Source of the DNA: Felis catus
Lineage: Eukaryota
DNA: 64,000 bases
Assembly: GCF_018350175.1 (NCBI RefSeq)
Contig: NC_058368.1
Location: 164,054,001-164,118,000, forward strand
Direction of reading: 5' to 3'
The number at the start of each line of letters is the position of its first letter. Within the stretch, counting starts at the first letter, position 1. Shown here one piece after another: positions 1 through 13,063 of this stretch. Made by a program: the position numbers and the translations under genes. A model generated the notes under the pieces. That model was not told the origin of the DNA and did no database searches. It saw only the letters and a program-made list of their open reading frames with translations.

Positions 1-1205
1 ATTAGGAAACTTTTAGAGCTCCTGGAAGCAATAGGGGTGAAAGTTTTTTCATTTATTAAATCTAAGTTAAAAGCTGTCACACTTGATTCCTTAGCTGGCA
101 GTTCTAAACTAGAGCATTTATGTTTGTTAAAAATTGATTTTTACCATGGCTAAAAAGTTGATTTATTTTTGTTTTTTTTTTCCTCAACCATTCTTATGAA
201 AAGGAATGAATATGAAGTGTTTTTGTGAAATTCATATTGTGCATCCACTTGATTTTTTTGGCAGCTGAGATTTCTCTGGTTATTTGAATATGACCTTATA
301 ATCCCATATAACCATGATCTGAGGTTCTTAAGTGTCTTCCAGTTGAGGTAGGAAATACGTCAGAACTCATTAAGAGGTTACCTGCATACTATATTGATTT
401 TTATAAATTGCTCCTTAAATTATAGTGGGCATGATGACACACATAAAATCACTGAGGTCAGGTAATATTTGGATGAAATTGATGCATTTTGCTAGTAGTT
501 ATAGACAGAGCTATTCTCTGGTACTGTGTCACGAATAATTGTACTTTGATAAATTATTTAAAATAAACATTTTTATCTTCATTCTCAGTGAAGGTTCATG
601 TTAAGCAAATTGTGCTCATTGTTATGTTACAGCTGTCAGCCTTGATGCCTAACAAACTATGATCATTCCCAGGCCAATCTTACCTGTCTACAGCCATTGC
701 TGAAGAATTTGACCTATGCAGATAGTGGAACTCTGTCCGCCCCCTGATTCGACTGATTGGGAAATAGGGAAATAATTAGTGGTTAAGAGGGGAGCAGAAG
801 CTGAAAGATGTCATGAAGGAATTAGAACCCTGAGTGATGATCATAAATTGAAGTTCTGAGGAGACAGAACTGTGAGTAATCAGTGGTTACAAAGAGGAGA
901 AAGGATTGTAGATCTGTCTCTAGGTATATGAATAACACTAATGGAGCACGTAGTTGGCAAATAACTGAGTTAAGGTAATGCCAGAAGACTGGTGCAAAGA
1001 TTCTACCATGTTACAAGCATTTTATCCTTCTGAGCACCAGATAGTCTGGGTTTTTGTAGCTGTACATCTTTCCAGTACACTTCTTGTTATATGAGATAAC
1101 TCAACTTTGTTTCTATTTCTTGACGTGCAGTGAGAATTCATCCATTGTTTTTTCTAGCAGTGGAACCAGTTCTTTACATGAATTTTTTTTTTAGCTCACT
1201 AATAT

Positions 1206-1207
<2 letters not shown>

Positions 1208-1244
<37 letters not shown>

Positions 1245-1345
1245 TTATTTTTTAAACTTATTGTCAAGTTAGCTAACATACAGTGTAGTCCTGACTTCAA
1301 GATTCCCATGATTCATCACTTCCATACGACATCCTTTGCTCATCC
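1208..1345 (-). mobile_element. 5'-truncated carnivore/felid L1 3' tip with (TAAA)n tail
   Basis: (TTTA)n tract followed by tgtcaagttagctaacatacagtgtagtc...gattcccatgattcatcact...gctcatcc, which resembles the reverse complement of the felid L1 3' end; short aatattt direct repeat at 1201 and 1346. Confidence 0.75.
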
Positions 1346-1699
1346 AATATTTTAAAGCAGATGAACGCCTGCACACTTGAAGCAATGGTGGGGAGTTAAT
1401 GTGTCTCTCACACTTTTCCCTTAATGTGTCTCTCACCCATTTCTTAGTTTCTCCTGCTGAGACAATTCTGTAGACACTAGTCCCCTCCTCCTGTAATTTA
1501 AAACCCACTAATCTGACCTGAAGACACAGGTAAACCCATAAACAGGTAATGAAAGGAACAGTGGGACCCAGAGGAGGCATGTATTTTTCCTGGTTGGTTT
1601 GGATCATTATTTCATTGTGATTCCAATCATTATTCTTTGGATATGGGACCCTGTCACTAACTACCCTCATTCCTCCCATTATCTCACAAAATACCACAA

Positions 1700-1815
1700 A
1701 ATTATGTTCAACTGTAAGCTTAACGTTTCTAGCCTAAACCACTTCCCTGAGCTCTGAACTTCTTTATCTAGTTGCCTACCAATCATGCTCTTTGTGTGGC
1801 TTATAGAAGTCTCAT
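1700..1815 (+). mobile_element. L2 LINE fragment
   Basis: tttctagcctaaaccacttccctgagctctgaacttctttatctagttgccta resembles L2 3'-region consensus. Confidence 0.5.
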
Positions 1816-2250
1816 AAAATGGTGGGAAGAAAGAAGTCATTACACAAAGCAGATGTGTACTTATACTGAACTTAAGAGAAACTGTGTTATAGTAGCCAGT
1901 AACGTAAACATGTTGGACCTGGTAATTTGACTAAAGCAAAACATCATCAGACATTATGTTAAATTAATATTAATTTTAATTTATTGATTTTATATCTTTG
2001 ATCATATTTAATTCATTTTGTGATTATATGTTTAAGGAGTTTATAGTTTTAAATATTTTAATTACTGTAAACACAATTGAAATTATTACTGGTAAGGTAC
2101 AATGCTTTCTTTTTCTATAAAATAAATCATCTATGAGAACCACTAACTGACACCATGCTGCATGCTATTAATATTATTTATGTAGCTCACAGCGTGGTCT
2201 TTTATCTGTAAGCACGCCAATAGCAAAACTTTTTTTTTTTAATTAGACAG

Positions 2251-2476
2251 TTTAAAATTTTTTTAAACCTTTACTTATTTTAGAGAGAGAGAGAGAGGGA
2301 GACAGAGTGCAAGCAGGGGAGGAACAGAGAGAGAGAGGGAGACACAGAATCCAAAGCAGGCTCCAGGCTCCAAGCTGTCAGCACAGAGCCAGATGCGGGG
2401 CTTGAACTCAAGAACCGCAAGATCATGATCTGAGCCAAAGTCAGATGCCCAACCGACTGAGCCACCCAGGTGCCTC
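2251..2476 (-). mobile_element. CanSINE (SINEC, felid type)
   Basis: T tail, (GA)n, body ending gccacccaggtgcctc; TSD ttaattagacag at 2239-2250 and 2477-2488. Confidence 0.97.
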
Positions 2477-3189
2477 TTAATTAGACAGGTTTAGAATGGA
2501 AAGTGTCTATTTTTGCTGAATAAAACAGGATAAACTGATGAGGCCTTTTTTTTATGTGTCAAAGTAGAAAAGCACTATTTGAAACCAAATAAAGTATACA
2601 AAGGTATACTTTACATCCACTTTAGTTTTGTCCCTTACCATGTCTTTGGAGATAAAGGTTATATGTAGAGTGTTTGTTGGGAGTCACTTACTAATATGAG
2701 TAGGAAGGTAATAGGTTAATTTTTGAGGTATCTTCAGATGTCACAGCTTCAAAATATGTGAATTTGCCGAAAATACTTGGTTTACTTGCAGACAGATTTC
2801 CTTTTAGGAATACATGTTTTTGTTGATACCAAGAGACATATGAGTTTACATTTATTTCCATATTCCCCTCTTTAATTGTGATGTGGCAAAAGGATAGAGA
2901 TAATGTGTAATTGGAGGAAGCTAAAGTGAAGTAGAGAGGAACCAAGGATATTATTTAAAAAAATATAATTTCATTGATACTGGCAACAAAAAATAAAACT
3001 TCCTCTTGCCACTAGCATTGTTTTTATCACCAGCAATATTAGTAAAATAATCTTCCATATTAAACTCAAAAGAAGTGTCTCTGCTTTTGCATTTTATGTA
3101 ATTGTGGAGAGGTTGTTTATAGACAAATAAGACTTTTTAAGCAGTGTCTATGTATAAGAAACTGTGAACGGTATTTCTTACATAATTTT

Positions 3190-3330
3190 ATGCTCACAAA
3201 AGTCTTCCAGGTCTGTCACTACCCTTGTGCAGACTGTGAAATAGAAGTGCCAAGTAGTTAAGTAATATACTCTGGTTCAGATAATATATAGCAGATGTAG
3301 GTTTCAAACTCAGAGTTGTCTGGCTCCCAT
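3190..3330 (-). mobile_element. MIR fragment
   Basis: gttaagtaat...ggtttcaaactcagagttgtctggctcc resembles the reverse-complement MIR core. Confidence 0.55.
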
Positions 3331-4126
3331 ATTCATGATGTTGCCATTATATCTCTTTAATGAAAATGAGAAAGATGAATATGGAATACTGTGTATTTAG
3401 TAAAACATAAGTCCTGTGTTCTTGGAAAACTAGTTCTAAAGATAATTCCTGTATTAATACTCTTTTAATATTTGGAGCACTGTCTATATTTTAAACCTTC
3501 CAGGATAGATAGTTTAAAGAAAACAACACACTTTTATATTTGTAATTTTTAGAACATCAAAAATAAAACAAATGGTTGAATTATTTTTTAGTTGCACTCT
3601 GTAGAATATATACTAAAAAATTTGTGGTGACTGAAATACCTGTCATCGTGAGATGGTTGTCTTTCAGGATCTATAATTACATGTTTAATGTTCTTAAAAT
3701 ATGTAGACTAGTATCCTAGTTGCTTGTTGTTTCTAACATTATTAGTATTAATAACACTACTAGTTTCCAAAATTGGGAGACTTGACTGGATCAGTAAATA
3801 AGTTTGAGGATTACTGGACTCTTTCTCCAGCCTAAAGCATTTGATCCCATTTAGGTCATGGTTATCAATACCAGAAGGTGATTACAATATTCATTTTTGG
3901 GACCCCTGTGAACTTAGCAGTTATGAAGAAAAATTGATGGCATGTGTTTCTTAAATGTTTAAGGAGGAATTGGAGAACACAATAGTTCATGCCACAGCCC
4001 TTTACCACTGGCTTCTTAGAAATCTAGAGTTAAATTTATAGTACACGTTTGTTATAATTAAGTTCCATTCTTCGAAAAAAATGCTTTCTCATCTTTAAAA
4101 GATTTTTGTTTCTCTCCTGAAATCTA

Positions 4127-4368
4127 TTAAAATTTTTTTAATGTTGATTCATTTTGAGAGAGAGAGAGAGAGAAAGAGAGAGAGCGTGCACATGCAAGTG
4201 AGAAGGGGCCGAGAGAGGGAGGGAGAGAGAGAAAATCACAAGCAGGCTCTTCACTGTCAGCGGGTAGCCTGACATGAGGCTCGATTTCATGAGCTGTGAG
4301 ATCATGACCTGAGCTAAGATCAAGAGTTGGATGCTTAACCAATTGAGCCACCCAGGCTCAGGCGCCCC
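4127..4368 (-). mobile_element. CanSINE
   Basis: (GA)n, gagatcatgacctgagctaagatcaagagttggatgcttaacc...caggcgcccc; degenerate TSD ctgaaatcta / ctgagaatcta. Confidence 0.96.
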
Positions 4369-5629
4369 TGAGAATCTAATTTTATTGTTCTGTTCTCATA
4401 GGTACATTTTTTGGTAATATGCTTATAATTTAGATTGTGTCCAATTCTTTTTAGAAAGAACAAATATTCTCCTTCCACAGAATAATATAGCATTACCTTG
4501 TCAAATAAAAATAAAGGATAATTTCGTTGTTGAGTCTATAAGGCCAAGGAAACTTATGACTAGAGACATAATTTATTGAGTGTATTAGTGAAATTTATCA
4601 TTGTCTTACCGTACTTCCTTGTAACAGTACTACCTTTCACAAAGTTGCCTAAAAGGGGTTGCCTTTGTAAACTTTCTTTGGAATATTACTGGCTAACTGC
4701 TTGAAAATTGTGAAATGGCGAACCACAAACTGTGTGCATGTTGAAAAGTTGATCTTCACAACTAAGAGGAAATAGTGGCTTTTGACTTAGTTATTCATTC
4801 CACACAGCAGTAGACTGGTGGTTCTTGTATAACACCAAACATTCTGAGGCGAGATTTGCTGTAATCACACAAACCAACAGGTTAAAACCTCAGAAATGAC
4901 CTTTTAAAGGGCACGCATTCAATTTTGACAAAAATAATCAACAGCAGGCTTGAGGGTAAAAAATAAAAAATTTAAACCCTACAATTAGGTAGCTTATTTA
5001 AAAACACAGGATGAGAGGCACAGATGGTTCATATTAATAAAAGCAAACAAACAAAAGACTAAACACAGGAATATAAAATTAGCAATAGCCAGGGATGAAC
5101 TACTTTAACAGACTGTTTCTAAAAATATATATCTGTTCATGGATGAGCATTGATTGGGAACTGGAAGTAAAACAGAAGTCTTTGCTTTAAAGAAGTTTAC
5201 CCTCTAATAAGGGTGGTGGAGTTTATATCAGTTTTATAAATACATGTGCAAATGAAATTTTAACCTTTATTATAAAGTTATTTGTATAGAAGTATGAAAA
5301 AAGTTTTGAAAAAGATTTTGAAAAATCTCATGCATGGATGTGGATACAGGTATAAATTGTGCTTCTGTATGTTCCAAGAGCTCTGTTTTTCTCTCAATCT
5401 GTTCTTCTGCCAAATTATGTAAAATCAAAGCATAGAAAAGTGATACTTGCTTCCAAGAGTAATCACTGGATCCAGATAATTGAACTTACAATCAGGTTAC
5501 ATTTATGAACCAGTGAACCATCTACTATGTCTGCATGATACTTCATTAAAAGCTATGTGGGAGTGAGAAGATAGTGGTTTGGACAGGGGATGGGATGTTC
5601 ATAAAAATAAGAATGGTTTCTGTCCTTAG

Positions 5630-5679
5630 GAATGTAGTAGTTTGAGGAATGTAGTAATTTGAGAATGTAGTAGTTTGAG
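5630..5679. repeat. three-copy 16-17 bp tandem repeat (gaatgtagtagtttgag)
   Basis: visible directly in the sequence. Confidence 0.9.
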
Positions 5680-8397
5680 TGGGGGAAAATATAGGAGAAG
5701 CATGAGTGAATGCTTGTATTCCATAAATTCATTCACTTTTCACTCTTTGTTCTTGGGCTTTTTCCTCCATTATATTTTTAAAATTATTTCCTTTCTCTTA
5801 TTTCTCAGATAAGTATGGACTGAGCTCAGAGTGGTTTAAATGGAGGCAGTATATGGTTGCATTACGTATGGAGTGGCGTTTTAATTTTTCTTTTCTCTTG
5901 GCCTCAATTCTTGACTCGGTTTCTAGTCACACTTTTGTGACTGTTTCTGGTTGTGTGGGGAAATTGGAATTTGATACTTTTGCTTGTCTACAGGCTTGGA
6001 ATTCTTGACTTTTCTTAATTTGAGGGCCTGAGCAAAGGAGGAGGAGAGGCCTTCTCAAATGCCAACTAACTCTGAACCTCGGTTTTATGAATGCCCTAGG
6101 CATTTGATTGTTGTCCTTCATAGATACTTTCTGTGATAGTGTGTGAGGCTGTCAATAGGAAGCTAATCTATTTGATCTCTTAAAGTGAATGGTTTCAAGG
6201 ACACCTGCTTATATGGAGCACTATTCTATATCAAATTGCTTTTATTAAGTTATTTTATAGATTGAAAAACTGAGTAGCATAAAAAGTTTAGTGACTTTAC
6301 AGCACCGCTCAGCAAGTCATTGTCAAGATAATGCAGACTCCTGAAACTGAATGTAAAGCCTAACAATCAGGTAATTGTATACGTGCATTTTTTTGCCCAG
6401 GCCTCTTATGGGTTCCATTATATTTTTTGTGGTGGCTTGTTTCTTTCAGCTGGCCATACATGAAAAGCACGAGCTCTCAGAAGCAGTAACTCTGGGAGTG
6501 GCACCATTGGCAGCATCTGGCTCATCACTGACCTGGAGACTCTGGCTCTGTATAGCAGCCCATCTACACAAACACACCTATGATTGACCCACAAAATGAA
6601 CTCACTCCATGAGTGAGACTGAATGACTTGAATGGGCCCGGGGTAGTAACGTGTGCACAGAAATCTCTAACGTATTTTTCTTTTTTGAAGCTGTGAACAC
6701 CACTTGTCATAATAAAGAATTTTCTTTTCATTTGCAAGATTTCTCTCTGCCTCTGACTTCTCCATGTTTCCTCTCTGCTACATTAGCCCTGAATGAGCTG
6801 TAAATGGGATAATGTGGAGCATGGGAAGGATAAGATGTTCAAGGCGAGCAAGGCAGGGAGGGGATGATTCTTTTCACAGCTGATCTTCTAATGACTTGTT
6901 CAGTCTTCCAGGTGGCTGGCCCCGTCATCAGTACTAGCACTTTAGACAGTGTACCCTTCCAGCTACTAGTATCTTTGTCATACCTACAGTTGCATCCAAT
7001 GCCAGTCTGACAGGGCAGTGTTGCCGGAATTTTTCTAATCTCAGGTACAAAAGCAAAGCAAAACAGTTATATGATAAATGGATCAGAGCCATCTCCTATC
7101 TCTCCTTGGAAGGGAGTACTTATTTTTCTTTATTCCTCGGACAAATAAGGGTGAAATAAGGCAGGCTTGTCGTGGGGAACGAGATGAATCAAAGAATTTC
7201 CTTACGTTTCGATCAATACCAAATGCTTTGACATATGTTTTCCACTGGGAGGGTGGAACTGGGGTTGTCATAGAGTAATTAGAGGCTGGTGTACTGAGCA
7301 TTGTTTATGCCCTTCAACCAAATACCACAAGTAGTAAGCCTTTTTGTGTGTCTGTCTGGCAGGGTTTTTCCTTCCTGGGGGTGATGGAGAAATGTCTACA
7401 GATGTTTTCTACAGATGTCTCCCAGTGGGGGCTCCCTTTTACTGATGGCTTTCTTGTCACCTGCTTCCTTTCTTCCTTCTCAAATCTTTCCATTTCCTTC
7501 CAGTGAGCTTTTTGCTGCTGTCCTGTCTCTCATGCCTGCCTCCTGGATCCCTTGCGTCTGACTTAGCTTTGCCCCCTCTTCTTCCTTGCACCTGCAATGT
7601 GGCAAGAAGACTGACTGTTCTTTTCCAGATCTCTTGTCAAAACTCCTTTTTGGAAAATGTTTTCAGTAGAGTATCACAGTCAGTGCATTTCTGAAAATTA
7701 ATAGTTGGGTATTCAAAAGGAGAAAAAATATATACACGCATATGTAAAATAAAAATAGTGTCTTTAAACTATGCACTAATTGTGAACCATATACTGCACT
7801 CAGTGTGTTCACTTAATAAATATTTGCTGACTTAAAGGGCCTGCAAATCTAGATTTGGAAAGAAATTTTCCTGACCTACAATAAAACAGTATATGAAAAA
7901 GTAAATAAATATGTTACTAAAAATCAAAAGTTGGTCCATCAGGGTTGAAGCTGTATTTTGTCCTACAAATATGATTACCACTAGACACATTACTATTATA
8001 CTAGGAAGAATAGGAAAGTCCAATTAAAAAAAAAAGAACAGCTGGTGGGTCAGATAAGTTATCTTGTCAATAGTTAGATTTTTTAAAGTATTTTGCAAAA
8101 AAATAATATATAGTATATAGTATTTTAAATTTGTTTAGATCCCCTGGAAAACTATTTTTCTTTTACTTCTTTGTATTTTTATTTCTCCTGTAGGTTTTTC
8201 TGCAAAAGGTACTGTTTTGCCATTCATTATCCTCATATTATTGCTAACTTCTATTCCCTAATATTTCTATAATTCCAGTCAAATTGTACAGGCCCAGAGT
8301 TTAAACAAATGTTTTTAAAACGGTAATTTATATTACTTTTTGTGGTCAAATGTGAATACATAACAAAGATTTATCATTTATTGTTTTTATTCTTTTA

Positions 8398-8603
8398 AAA
8401 AAAATTTATGTTTATTTAGTTTTTGAGAGAGAGAGAGCATGAGTGGCGGAGGGGCACAGACAGGGGGAGACAAGAATCCGAAGCAGGCTCCAGGCTCTGA
8501 GCTGTCAGCACAGAGCCCAATGCAGGGCTCGAACTCATGGACCGTGAGATCATGACCTGAGCCAAAGTCAGACGCTCAACTGACTAAGCCAGCCAGGCAC
8601 CCC
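8398..8603 (-). mobile_element. CanSINE
   Basis: SINE body ending ccaggcacccc; TSD tttttattctttta on both sides. Confidence 0.96.
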
Positions 8604-9948
8604 ATTTTTATTCTTTTAGTAGGTGACATATAGGTCACACTGATACCCCTTGGAAAGCATTTACCTGTAATTGTTGTGTATCCTATCTTTCCAACTCTAA
8701 CTAGTTTTAGAGCCTAAAAAGATAGGAAAGGTATGTACCTTGCTAAAGACAAGAGAGGCACACACTCAGCTGGAGGACGAGTTTGTACAGATGTGGAAAC
8801 TGTGTTCCGTCGTGGCTGTCACAATTGAGAATCAATTCTTTAGAAAGGGAGTGCTCTGGAGCAATCTAAAAGTGCGTCATCAGCTTCTTAGAAATAATTA
8901 AAACTGGAAGCAGAGAAGAGATGAAATGGGGTGACGAGAACAGGGAGTAAAAACAAATGCCAAACTTGGAGGCGTTAAAATCATACTCTAAGTGTATTTT
9001 TCCTTTGGGTTCTCATTTTTGTTAGGAGACATTGTCTTCTTAATGGTAATAAACTGATCAATATCTTTAGCTCTAATTTTTATCCTGGGTTAAATTTATA
9101 ACCATGAATGCAAATCAGAGTTGTTTAGAAAATATTCTAGGTGTGGAACCATTCTTTTGCTTCTTGTATTTTTCTGTTAGAGTCTGTGGGGAATGACTGA
9201 ATTTGGGAACCCTGTGGATACCTAACCATTTTATTTGCCATGATATTTGAAAATAGGTTACTAAAGACAATATGTTGCTAAATTCTCACTGTAAACCAGC
9301 AAGAATTCTTCCATTTGCCTTTTTGATGCCTGAGGACAGAAGAGAAGCAAAGATGATTCACAGTATGTTCTGTACCCAGATTTTTTTTTTTTGCACAAAT
9401 ACTTAGCTACTTAATTGGGTGCCTTCATCTAGGAAGGAGAAATTAGTACATTTTATTTTTAAAAAAGTATACACCAAGGGCAAACAAAGCTTTAATGAAA
9501 ATTCATTAAAACATTTTAAAAAGTACTTTTTAAAAAGTATATTTTAAAGAAGATAATTTAAAAGTCCTTTGGTGGAAATGTGCTCATTTTCAGACATAGG
9601 CACCTCTCTGGCATCGTTACACGAACACTAAAGAACAATTAGGGCCACTTAAACCACAAAGGGGAACAGAGACTTCAGCTGAAAACAATGAGTAAGTCTC
9701 CCTACTGTGGGGAGTTTTTTTGTTTTTTCGTTTTTTTTTTTTTTTAATTCAGATCTTTTCCTGCTTTCTAAGGTGGTAAACAAAGTTTCAAAGTTATCCT
9801 TCCCATGAGGCAGGTGACCCAGTTCAGTAACATTGTAAATATAATGGTAACTGTTCTGATATTGCTAGTGAGAGAGTCCTTATGAGAGAGTCCTTATCTA
9901 TGGAATGCTCATAGTAGGATGTCCTTGTTTTAAGATAGCCAAAGGTCT

Positions 9949-10158
9949 AGGGGCCTGGGTGGCTCAGTTGGTTTAGCATCTTGGTTTCACCTCAGGTCAC
10001 GATCTCACATTTCATGAGTTCCAGCCCCACTTCAGGCTCTGTGCTGACGGCATGGATCCTGCTTTGATTCTCTCTTCCTCTCTCTCTCTAACCCCTCCTC
10101 TGCCCTTTCATTCTCTCTCTCTCTCTCTCTCAAAATAAATAAGTAAACTTTAAAAAAA
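9949..10158 (+). mobile_element. CanSINE
   Basis: ggggcctgggtggctcagttgg...(CT)n, A tail; TSD aagatagccaaaggtc (9932) / aagattgccaaaggtc (10159). Confidence 0.96.
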
Positions 10159-10429
10159 AAGATTGCCAAAGGTCAAAAAGCCTAGAATCTGAACATTTAT
10201 GAGACATCCTGTCTGGGAACTTATCTATTACTGTGGGCCAGAAAGTTTGTTGTATACAGAAGGGAAGGGCTTATAGAATTATGTGGGATATCCCAGAGCC
10301 CTCCCAGCTTCAGCTTTGCCTCTTGATTCTGGGTAGTATATCTGATTCATGTGAATCTCATTTGACAATCTAAACCTTTTTGTCAGCCCCAAAATAGCTT
10401 CATTGTATAAGAGAATTCAATTGGGCAAC

Positions 10430-10580
10430 GTACAATAATTTTACATATGTGATCTCACTGGATTGTCACAAGAACCAAGTCATGGCTCTCATCTTTCAGA
10501 GGAAATAACAAGCTCAGAGAGGTCACTAGCTTGCCTTAAATTACACGTGAAGTGTAGAGCCTGGCACTATGCTAGATCCC
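10430..10580 (-). mobile_element. MIR fragment
   Basis: gaggaaataacaagctcagagaggtcactagcttgcc resembles the MIR core in reverse. Confidence 0.55.
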
Positions 10581-11225
10581 TTGCAGGCAAATGAAAAATA
10601 TAAAACCTAGTCTCTGTTTTGCTGCATTAATCCTCTGTGTTTCATACAAATGATATTCCCAGTCACTGCAAATAATACATTAGATTTTTACTAAAAAGAA
10701 ACATGAGTATAAGTTTGCAGCAGTAGTAGGGTAAAAGCTATTTAAATCTGCATGTAAAAAAGGCTGTTAAGGAGGGGATTTAACTGGAGAGGAGACGGAG
10801 AAGACTCTGTAATTTCAGGGTATTTGAGAGAATCTGAACTTTGAGTAGCTGGGATAAAGACTAACAAAAGAGTAGCCAACTTAACGTATATTCTGAGATG
10901 TGTGAGGAAGTAGAAGTGTTTAAATGGATGTTAGAAATCATTTCATGCCATCTACTCTGGTAGGGATGTAAATCTTAGTCGACAAAATCGGGTGTGCTGG
11001 AAATGTAACTTTACTTTTTATTACTTCTTTTAACCTACTCTAGCCTCTTTTTCACTGGGTAATAGAAAAATCTAAGTGAAGCCACAGCTCTGATCCCTTC
11101 CCCGAAGAGAGTTGAAGTTCTAGGGGGCTTTGAAGAGCCCAGGCAATGCAGTGATACTGGAATACCCTTGGGTTCTTGATACGTGCTGAGCTCTACATCA
11201 ACTTATTGGGGTACTGGACTTTGCA

Positions 11226-11285
11226 TTTTTTTTTCTTTTTTTTTTCTTTTTTTTTCTTTTCTTTTTTTTTTTTTTTTTTTTTTTT
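11226..11285. repeat. T-rich low-complexity tract
   Basis: about 60 nt of T with occasional C. Confidence 0.9.
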
Positions 11286-11426
11286 GAGATCATTGCTGTG
11301 CCTTGCCTTGACTTTTGGCTAAGAGACCTCTTACAATGTGCTTAGGACTCACTCTCATTTGTTCTATCATTGCATTGTCCTAGTGAACGGCAGAAACTGC
11401 AAGCTGGTCTCAGGCCCATTGTTTTA

Positions 11427-11630
11427 TTTATTTATTTATTTATTTATTTAATTTTAGCTCATAATTCTTTTTTTAATTTTAGGGAGAGCATGCAAGTTGG
11501 GGAGAGGGGACAGAGGGAGAAAGAGAAAGAGAGAGAGAGAGAAAGAGAGAGTGAATTCTAAGCAGGCTCCAAGCTGAGCATGGAGTGATGTGGGGCTCAA
11601 TCTCAAGCTCATGACCATGAGATCATGCAT
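11427..11630 (-). mobile_element. 5'-truncated CanSINE with compound tail
   Basis: 15-bp TSD aggcccattgtttta at 11412-11426 and 11631-11645; SINE body stops at gagatcatg. Confidence 0.93.
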
Positions 11631-12098
11631 AGGCCCATTGTTTTAAACTCACCATGCAGCCACTGCTCCACTGTCATGTCCAATGTGCTGGGAAATTCGG
11701 GGTCTACCCACCTCCTTGGGCTCTACTGGGCGGTGATATAGTTTCCCTTTGATCTGAACTCCCCCACAAGTCTTTGGAATTGTTTGCTCCTAATACAGCC
11801 TCTTGGTCTAAGACAAGAGTCATGCAAGGGCATGCGAGGGCAAGTCATACAAGGGCATGGTTAGTTCATGGCAGACTTTTCTTCAGGGCACATCACTATC
11901 TAAACTGTGTTTGCTTCACTTCTGAATGTAAGTAGAAAGTTTTCCTTTATATCTGTATAGTTTGTATTCTGGAAACCCCGTTGGCCCTAGGTTTTAGATA
12001 CTTAAAAGCTTTTTCTGTGTTCTCTTGCTGTCCTAAACTTTTCAGAGATGCCAAGTGTTTAGCTGCCTAAATGGGAAACGTTTTATGAAGTAACAGGA

Positions 12099-12224
12099 GG
12101 GGCACCTGGGTGGCTCAGTCTGTTAAGCTCTGACTTCCGCTCAGGTCACGATCTCACTGTTTGTGAGTTTGAGCCTCTGCATTGGGCTTGCGCTAGCAGC
12201 GTGGATTCTCGCTGAAGCAGAGCC
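12099..12224 (+). mobile_element. CanSINE 5' half (no tail)
   Basis: ggggcacctgggtggctcagtc...caggtcacgatctcac...gagtttgagcc; (CT)n and A tail absent. Confidence 0.9.
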
Positions 12225-12304
12225 AAGACTATTAGGTAGGTGGTCCACCTTTTCTTCCTTCCATGATGCCATAGCACAAGGACAAGAGAGGAGTGTTCTA
12301 CCAA

Positions 12305-12440
12305 CAATAATAACGCCAACTTTTATTTAAGGCTTACTCAGCTGGGAACTCCTCTAATATGCGTTTATAAACCATCTCATGAATCCTCGCAAATCTATGA
12401 GGTGTATATATTTTATTCATTTTACAGATGAGGGAGCAAA
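12305..12440 (-). mobile_element. MIR fragment
   Basis: atctcatgaatcctcgcaaatctatgaggtg...cattttacagatgagg. Confidence 0.7.
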
Positions 12441-12523
12441 GAGGAACAATAGCCTATGCAAAGAGAGACAATAACAGCTACCTCCTAAGGTATTATATTT
12501 CAGTGGTTCATAGGCAAGATGAT

Positions 12524-13063
12524 TGTATTAGTTATAAGTTGCTTCAGTTTAGCAACTGAAATCAGTAAACATCTTACATTGTTTCCGTTTGTCAGAGATT
12601 AGGAGCAATTTAGCTAGGTGGTTCTGGCTAAGGGTTTTTCACGAAATTGCACTTATTGTGTAGGCTCCGTCTACATCACCTGAAAGCTTGAGAGGTGCTG
12701 TTGAACCTCCTTCCGGTGAGGGTCACTCACATGCCTGCTAAGTGTTCTGGCTATTGGCAGGAGGCCTCAGTTCTTTGCCATAATAGACCTCTCCACAGAG
12801 TTGCTTGAGTTTCCTCATGATATGGTAGTTGGCTTCCAGAGAGAGTGATGAGAGAGATAGAGAGGAAGAGGTGCTGCAATAATTTTTATGCCTTAGACTT
12901 GGAAGTCACACTCTGTCACTCCTTTCATATTTACCTATTAATATGTTAATTTTATTTCATTTGTTAGAAGTCAAACATTAAATCCAGCTTATAGTCAAGG
13001 GCAGGACACTTAGTCTCCACATTTTGAAGGGAGACTAGGTAGGCACATTTTAAAAGCACCATA
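12524..13063 (-). mobile_element. MaLR solo LTR (MLT1F/G-like)
   Basis: tgtattagtt start; gctattggcaggaggcctcagttctttgcca...gacctctccacagagttgcttgagt...ttggaagtcacac motifs typical of MLT1. Confidence 0.8.

Noticed and set aside
1269..1697. Longest ORF in the track (142 aa, minus strand)
   Set aside because: Non-ATG start, no recognisable domain, the C-terminus runs into an L1 3' tip, and there is no splice support.
5630..5679. Short direct repeats that might suggest an array (also ~1396, ~9870, ~14058, ~23017, ~30571, ~32667)
   Set aside because: Two- or three-copy local slippage duplications with no repeat-spacer array structure; this is eukaryotic DNA, so not CRISPR.
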